Shown: in pieces, positions 59,861-64,000 of the stretch
How positions within the stretch are numbered: the stretch's first letter is position 1
Layout of the letters: the number at the start of each line of letters is the position of its first letter
DNA from: an uncultured cyanobacterium
GTDB lineage: Bacteria > Cyanobacteriota > Cyanobacteriia > Cyanobacteriales > CAWCAG01
DNA length: 64,000 nt
Reading direction: 5' to 3'
Assembly (NCBI GenBank): GCA_963803805.1
Contig: CAWDOD010000002.1
Span: forward strand, 1,280,001-1,344,000
Notes under the pieces: model-generated
The model's input: only the letters and a program-made list of their open reading frames with translations
The model's database searches: none
Told to the model about the DNA's origin: nothing
Translations under genes and position numbers: made by a program

Positions 59861-61015
59861 ATGCCAGAAAAACCAACAACCTATCCTCAAAATCCTTACT
59901 TCTCATCAGGGCCTTGTGCTAAACGTCCCGGCTGGTCATTAGATGCCTTAAAAGATGCTGCTGTGGGGCGTTCCCATCGTTCAGCTTTAGGAAAAACCAA
60001 GCTTGCTGAAGCCATTGAATTATCTAAAGAAATCTTACAACTTCCCCAGGATTATAAACTAGGTATTGTCCCTGCTTCTGATACAGGGGCATTTGAAATG
60101 GCTATGTGGACGATGTTGGGGGAACGAGGAGTTGATGTTGTTGCCTGGGAAAGTTTTGGTAAAGGTTGGGTAACTGATATTGTTAAGCAGTTGAACTTAG
60201 AAGATGTCAACACCTTTACAGCAGATTATGGCGAAATTCCCAATCTTTCAGAGGTAAACACAGATAGAGATGTTATCTTCACCTGGAATGGTACAACTTC
60301 CGGCGTTAAAGTTCCCCATAGTGATTGGATTAAGGATAACCGTCAGGGGTTAACCCTTTGCGATGCTACCTCTGGGGTTTTTGCCATGGAAATTCCTTGG
60401 CAGAAAATTGATGTCCTTACCTATTCCTGGCAGAAAGTTATGGGTGGGGAAGCAGCACACGGCGTTATTATTTTATCTCCCCGTGCCGTAGCTAGATTAG
60501 AAAGTTATACCCCAAAATGGCCCTTACCGAAGATTTTCCGTCTCACCAAAGGGGGTAAATTAATTGAAGGGATTTTCCAAGGTTCCACCATCAACACCCC
60601 TTCAATGCTATGTGTTGAAGATGCCTTAGATGGTTTGAAATGGGCTAAATCTTTAGGGGGTTTACCGGCCTTAATTAAGCGTTCCCAACAAAATCTGCAA
60701 ATATTTGAGGATTGGGTGGCAAAAACAGATTGGATTGATTTTTTAGTAACAGATCCCTCCCTGCGTTCCAACACTTCGATTTGTTTTCGCATTGTTGATG
60801 AAGGCTATAAATCCCTATCCCCCGTAGAACAAGCAGCTAAAGCCAAAGAATTAGTCTCTCTGTTAGCTAAAGAAGGAGTCGCTTACGATTTGGGTTCCTA
60901 CCGCGACGCACCTCCAGGGCTACGTATTTGGGGTGGCGCCACCGTAGAAAATGAAGATGTTCAAATTTTAACTCATTGGTTAGATTGGGGTTTTGAGGAG
61001 GTAATGGCTAATTGA
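59861..61015 (+). CDS. serC: Phosphoserine aminotransferase (Methanosarcina/alpha-proteobacterial type)
   Basis: [31 protein letters not shown] (PLP Lys), [11 protein letters not shown]. Confidence 0.88.
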   Translation: MPEKPTTYPQNPYFSSGPCAKRPGWSLDALKDAAVGRSHRSALGKTKLAEAIELSKEILQLPQDYKLGIVPASDTGAFEMAMWTMLGERGVDVVAWESFGKGWVTDIVKQLNLEDVNTFTADYGEIPNLSEVNTDRDVIFTWNGTTSGVKVPHSDWIKDNRQGLTLCDATSGVFAMEIPWQKIDVLTYSWQKVMGGEAAHGVIILSPRAVARLESYTPKWPLPKIFRLTKGGKLIEGIFQGSTINTPSMLCVEDALDGLKWAKSLGGLPALIKRSQQNLQIFEDWVAKTDWIDFLVTDPSLRSNTSICFRIVDEGYKSLSPVEQAAKAKELVSLLAKEGVAYDLGSYRDAPPGLRIWGGATVENEDVQILTHWLDWGFEEVMAN

Positions 61016-61060
61016 TAATTGCTAAACTTGAACTAGCAATACCAAAACCGGTATAGGATA

Positions 61061-62008
61061 ATGCCGAACACCCATATTCGCTTTGATTGGGCAATTAAAA
61101 AACTACTACGAAACAAAGCTAACTATGTAGTCTTAGAAGGATTTCTAAGCGAATTATTACACCAAGAACTTACTATTAAAACTCTCCTCGAAAGTGAAGG
61201 CAATCAACAGACAGAAGAAGATAAAAGCAATCGGGTAGACATTCTTGCTGAAACTGGAGAAGGGGAGTTAATTCTGGTGGAGGTGCAAAACAACTCTCAA
61301 CTGGATTACTTCCATCGGATGCTTTACGGGGCTTCAAGGTTAGTTGTGGAATATTTGGAAAAAGGAGAAGAGTACGGCAAGATTAAGAAAATTTACTCTG
61401 TGAATATAGTCTACTTTAACCTTGGGGTCGGGGATGATTATATTTATCATCATCGTGGTAACTTTGTGGGGGTGAATAGAGGAGATATTCTTCAACCTTT
61501 AAAAAGCCAAGAAGTAAAATTTCATATAGAAGCAGTAGCAGATATTTTCCCCGAATATTATCTGTTGAAAGTAAACAACTTCGATGATGTAGCCAAGAAT
61601 AGCTTAGATGAATGGATCTACTTCCTCAAAAATAGCAACATCAAAGAAGAATTTGCTGCCAAGGGAATGCTACAAGCCAAAGAAACTCTGCGAGTAAATA
61701 ATTTATCAGAACGAGAAAGGGTGGCATATTCCCGTTATATGGAAAATAAAAGTTATGAAGCGAGTATGTTGAGTACCCAGGAGTTTGAAACCCAGTGGGA
61801 AATTCAACAAGCAGAAATAAGGGCAAGAGAGGAAGGGCTTGAACAAGGTATCGAACAAGGTATCGAACAAGGTATCGAACAAGGTAAACAGGAGGGAAAA
61901 CTAGAAGAAAAAATGACCATTGCCCGTTCTTGTAAAGAACAAGGCTTAGATGTGGAGACTATTATGAAAATAACTCAACTCTCCATTGAAGAGATTGAAT
62001 CCTTGTGA
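61061..62008 (+). CDS. Rpn family recombination-promoting nuclease / PD-(D/E)XK putative transposase
   Basis: RFDWAIK, RVDIL, ILVEVQ, LDEWIYFLK, C-terminal EQG repeats. Confidence 0.88.
   Translation: MPNTHIRFDWAIKKLLRNKANYVVLEGFLSELLHQELTIKTLLESEGNQQTEEDKSNRVDILAETGEGELILVEVQNNSQLDYFHRMLYGASRLVVEYLEKGEEYGKIKKIYSVNIVYFNLGVGDDYIYHHRGNFVGVNRGDILQPLKSQEVKFHIEAVADIFPEYYLLKVNNFDDVAKNSLDEWIYFLKNSNIKEEFAAKGMLQAKETLRVNNLSERERVAYSRYMENKSYEASMLSTQEFETQWEIQQAEIRAREEGLEQGIEQGIEQGIEQGKQEGKLEEKMTIARSCKEQGLDVETIMKITQLSIEEIESL
61841..61886 (+). repeat. 12-bp coding tandem repeat (EQGI)
   Basis: GAACAAGGTATC x3 plus partial. Confidence 0.9.
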
Positions 62009-62015
62009 AGTAATT

Positions 62016-63230
62016 ATGAAAATTCTCCTCATTTGTTCTACTTTTCCCTATCCTCCTACTCGTGGGGGAACTCAGGGTAGAACTTTTAACTTACTTAAAT
62101 ACTTAACTCCAAATCATCAACTTACCCTAATTACCCAACGTTCTAACGACGTTACCGAAGAAGAAATTGCTGGGTTAAAAGAGTGGGTAGAAGAGTTAGT
62201 AGTTTTTCCTGCCCCGACAAATATAGGAACAGGCATCTGGGCTAAAGTTTGGCGCTTTGCCCAGTTTTTACAACAGGGAACCCCTCCCAATGTTCTGCAC
62301 CTGTACTCATCGGAAATTCAGCATTGGATTGATGAAGCTGTTGCTGCTGGTAAGTTTGAGGCTATCACCTGTGAACATAGCGTCAATGAGGTCTACGTGC
62401 GCCCTCAATGGCGAGAAAACCTGCGTACTGTGGTGAATGTTCATAGTTCCCTTTATCGTACCTGCAAGAACCAATTAGAAACGGCAACCTCAGATAATGA
62501 ACTTCGGGATCGACTTTTTCTACCCTTACTAAAACGCTATGAACAAAGGGTTTGTCGCAAGTTTTCCCACGTGGTAGTTACTACTGATGAAGATCAACAG
62601 CAAATGCGCCTCTTTGCCCCCCAGGCAGAGGTAACAGTGGTTCCCAACGGAGTTGATTTAGATACCTTTCCCTACCGAACAAAAGATCCAGGAGGGCATC
62701 ACTTAGTATTTGTGGGGGGGTTAGATTATTTTGTGAATATTGATGCTGCTTGCTTCTTTGCTCAAGAGATCCTACCACTCTTGCAAAAAAAGTATCCAGA
62801 TACAACTCTAACCTTAGTCGGTTCTAAACCTGCGGCTGAAGTAAGAGCTTTACAAGCAGAAAATGCTGCCATTACTGTCACCGGGCGTGTCCCTTCCATT
62901 GCCGAATACCTCCACCAGGCTACCATCTCTATTGTTCCTTTACGTACCGGGTTCGGCATGAAGATTAAAACCCTAGAGTCTATGGCTTCAGGTGCGCCAA
63001 TTGTGGGTAGCGATCGCGGTTTAGAAGGATTAGAAGTAGATACTCCCAACGTACTTCTACGGGCGTTACGGGCTAATACTGTAGAGGAATATCTCCAAGC
63101 TATCACCCGTCTCTTTGAAAATCCTCAACTCAGGGCAGAATTGTCAAGTAACGGGCGATCGCTCATCGAACAAGAATATACTTGGTCAAGTGCTGCTCAC
63201 AGTTACGAGAAAATTATTACTGGGCAGTAA
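62016..63230 (+). CDS. Glycosyltransferase family 4
   Basis: FPYPPTRGG, VPNGVD, GMKIKTLESMASG. Confidence 0.88.
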   Translation: MKILLICSTFPYPPTRGGTQGRTFNLLKYLTPNHQLTLITQRSNDVTEEEIAGLKEWVEELVVFPAPTNIGTGIWAKVWRFAQFLQQGTPPNVLHLYSSEIQHWIDEAVAAGKFEAITCEHSVNEVYVRPQWRENLRTVVNVHSSLYRTCKNQLETATSDNELRDRLFLPLLKRYEQRVCRKFSHVVVTTDEDQQQMRLFAPQAEVTVVPNGVDLDTFPYRTKDPGGHHLVFVGGLDYFVNIDAACFFAQEILPLLQKKYPDTTLTLVGSKPAAEVRALQAENAAITVTGRVPSIAEYLHQATISIVPLRTGFGMKIKTLESMASGAPIVGSDRGLEGLEVDTPNVLLRALRANTVEEYLQAITRLFENPQLRAELSSNGRSLIEQEYTWSSAAHSYEKIITGQ

Positions 63231-63273
63231 TAGCAGCAAATGAGTTGCGATTTACCTATAAAATCCAGTGTAC

Positions 63274-64000
63274 TCAAGTGTTTGGTTGAGCGTAGCAAAC
63301 CTCATTAATAGCCCAACTCCAGTTTAAACACAACTCGATCTTCAGATCAGAAAACTCATCACATATCGGTTTTTTCGCATTTCCACTTCTCTCACAGTAG
63401 TCATTGCTATTTGAAGTGAAGAAAATGATTTTCTCTGTAAATCCTTGGTTTCTGAGTAATGACGATATTTTGAGACAATGCTCATAAATAATGCAGTCCT
63501 GAATTGCTCCTTTTGTTGATGGGGGTATATTATTCACTACACGTTCATTTGCTTTCAAAACCAACTCATCGTGTTGCTTCACATGGATACCTAATGACAA
63601 AAGTTCACGACAAACTTTCTCTAAAACCAATTCAGTTTTTGATGAGAGGGAGTCTGGGATTGGTAGTTTCTCTAGACCAGATGAATGTAGAGAGATTAAT
63701 ACTTCCATTCGCGAAATGGTATCTTTTATATGGTGTGACAACTCATTCTTGGTCTTGGGGAAATTATCCTCAAACTCTTTTTGAATAAGGGGGAGAATTA
63801 CAATTTTCAGCTTTTTTTCTTTAGTTAACCGGATTGCACTTTCGGCTGAATCTAAATATGCTCTTGCTGTTGTTGGTTTCTTTTGACGAAAAGGCAGCCG
63901 AATTAAATCTAGCAATACACAAGTGTCTACAAATAGAATTGGCGTTGGCTTATTGATAATTTCATCTACAGCATCACCGATTTCTAACTGATTGATGCTC
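63274..64000 (-). CDS. PIN-domain-like protein, 5' end just outside the window
   Basis: Frame open to the window edge: ..PILFVDTCVLLDLIR; DCIIYE and FFTSNSNDY acidic motifs. Confidence 0.65.
   Translation of the reverse strand, partial: SINQLEIGDAVDEIINKPTPILFVDTCVLLDLIRLPFRQKKPTTARAYLDSAESAIRLTKEKKLKIVILPLIQKEFEDNFPKTKNELSHHIKDTISRMEVLISLHSSGLEKLPIPDSLSSKTELVLEKVCRELLSLGIHVKQHDELVLKANERVVNNIPPSTKGAIQDCIIYEHCLKISSLLRNQGFTEKIIFFTSNSNDYCERSGNAKKPICDEFSDLKIELCLNWSWAINEVCYAQPNT

Overview
Cyanobacterial chromosomal window (photosynthesis genes petH/prk/petN/petG/cytM, roughly two dozen HIP1 GCGATCGC octamers by eye, heptameric STRR repeats), mostly housekeeping genes plus a ~19-kb sulfated exopolysaccharide cluster (priming GT, Wzc, Wza, ABC flippase, Wzy-like protein, four sulfotransferases, several GTs, PEP-CTERM protein). 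The stand-out is a tRNA-Arg(CCT) gene (11200-12123) split right after its anticodon by an 850-nt group I intron with an Azoarcus-like (IC3) core. A monomeric I-SceI-like LAGLIDADG ORF is inserted between P7 and P3. Both positions equivalent to the catalytic aspartates are substituted (Ala23, Lys117), the probable Shine-Dalgarno is sequestered in the helix closing the insertion, and the TGA stop straddles the 3' splice site (TG|A). This suggests a domesticated, nuclease-dead maturase whose synthesis is coupled to splicing state (inference). Also found: small genes missing from the ORF track (petN, petG, a membrane peptide, a candidate secreted Cys peptide), a DUF421 gene with an apparent ATT start, a nonsense-broken sugar-binding-protein gene, MITE-like repeats and an orphan flavin-dependent halogenase-like gene.
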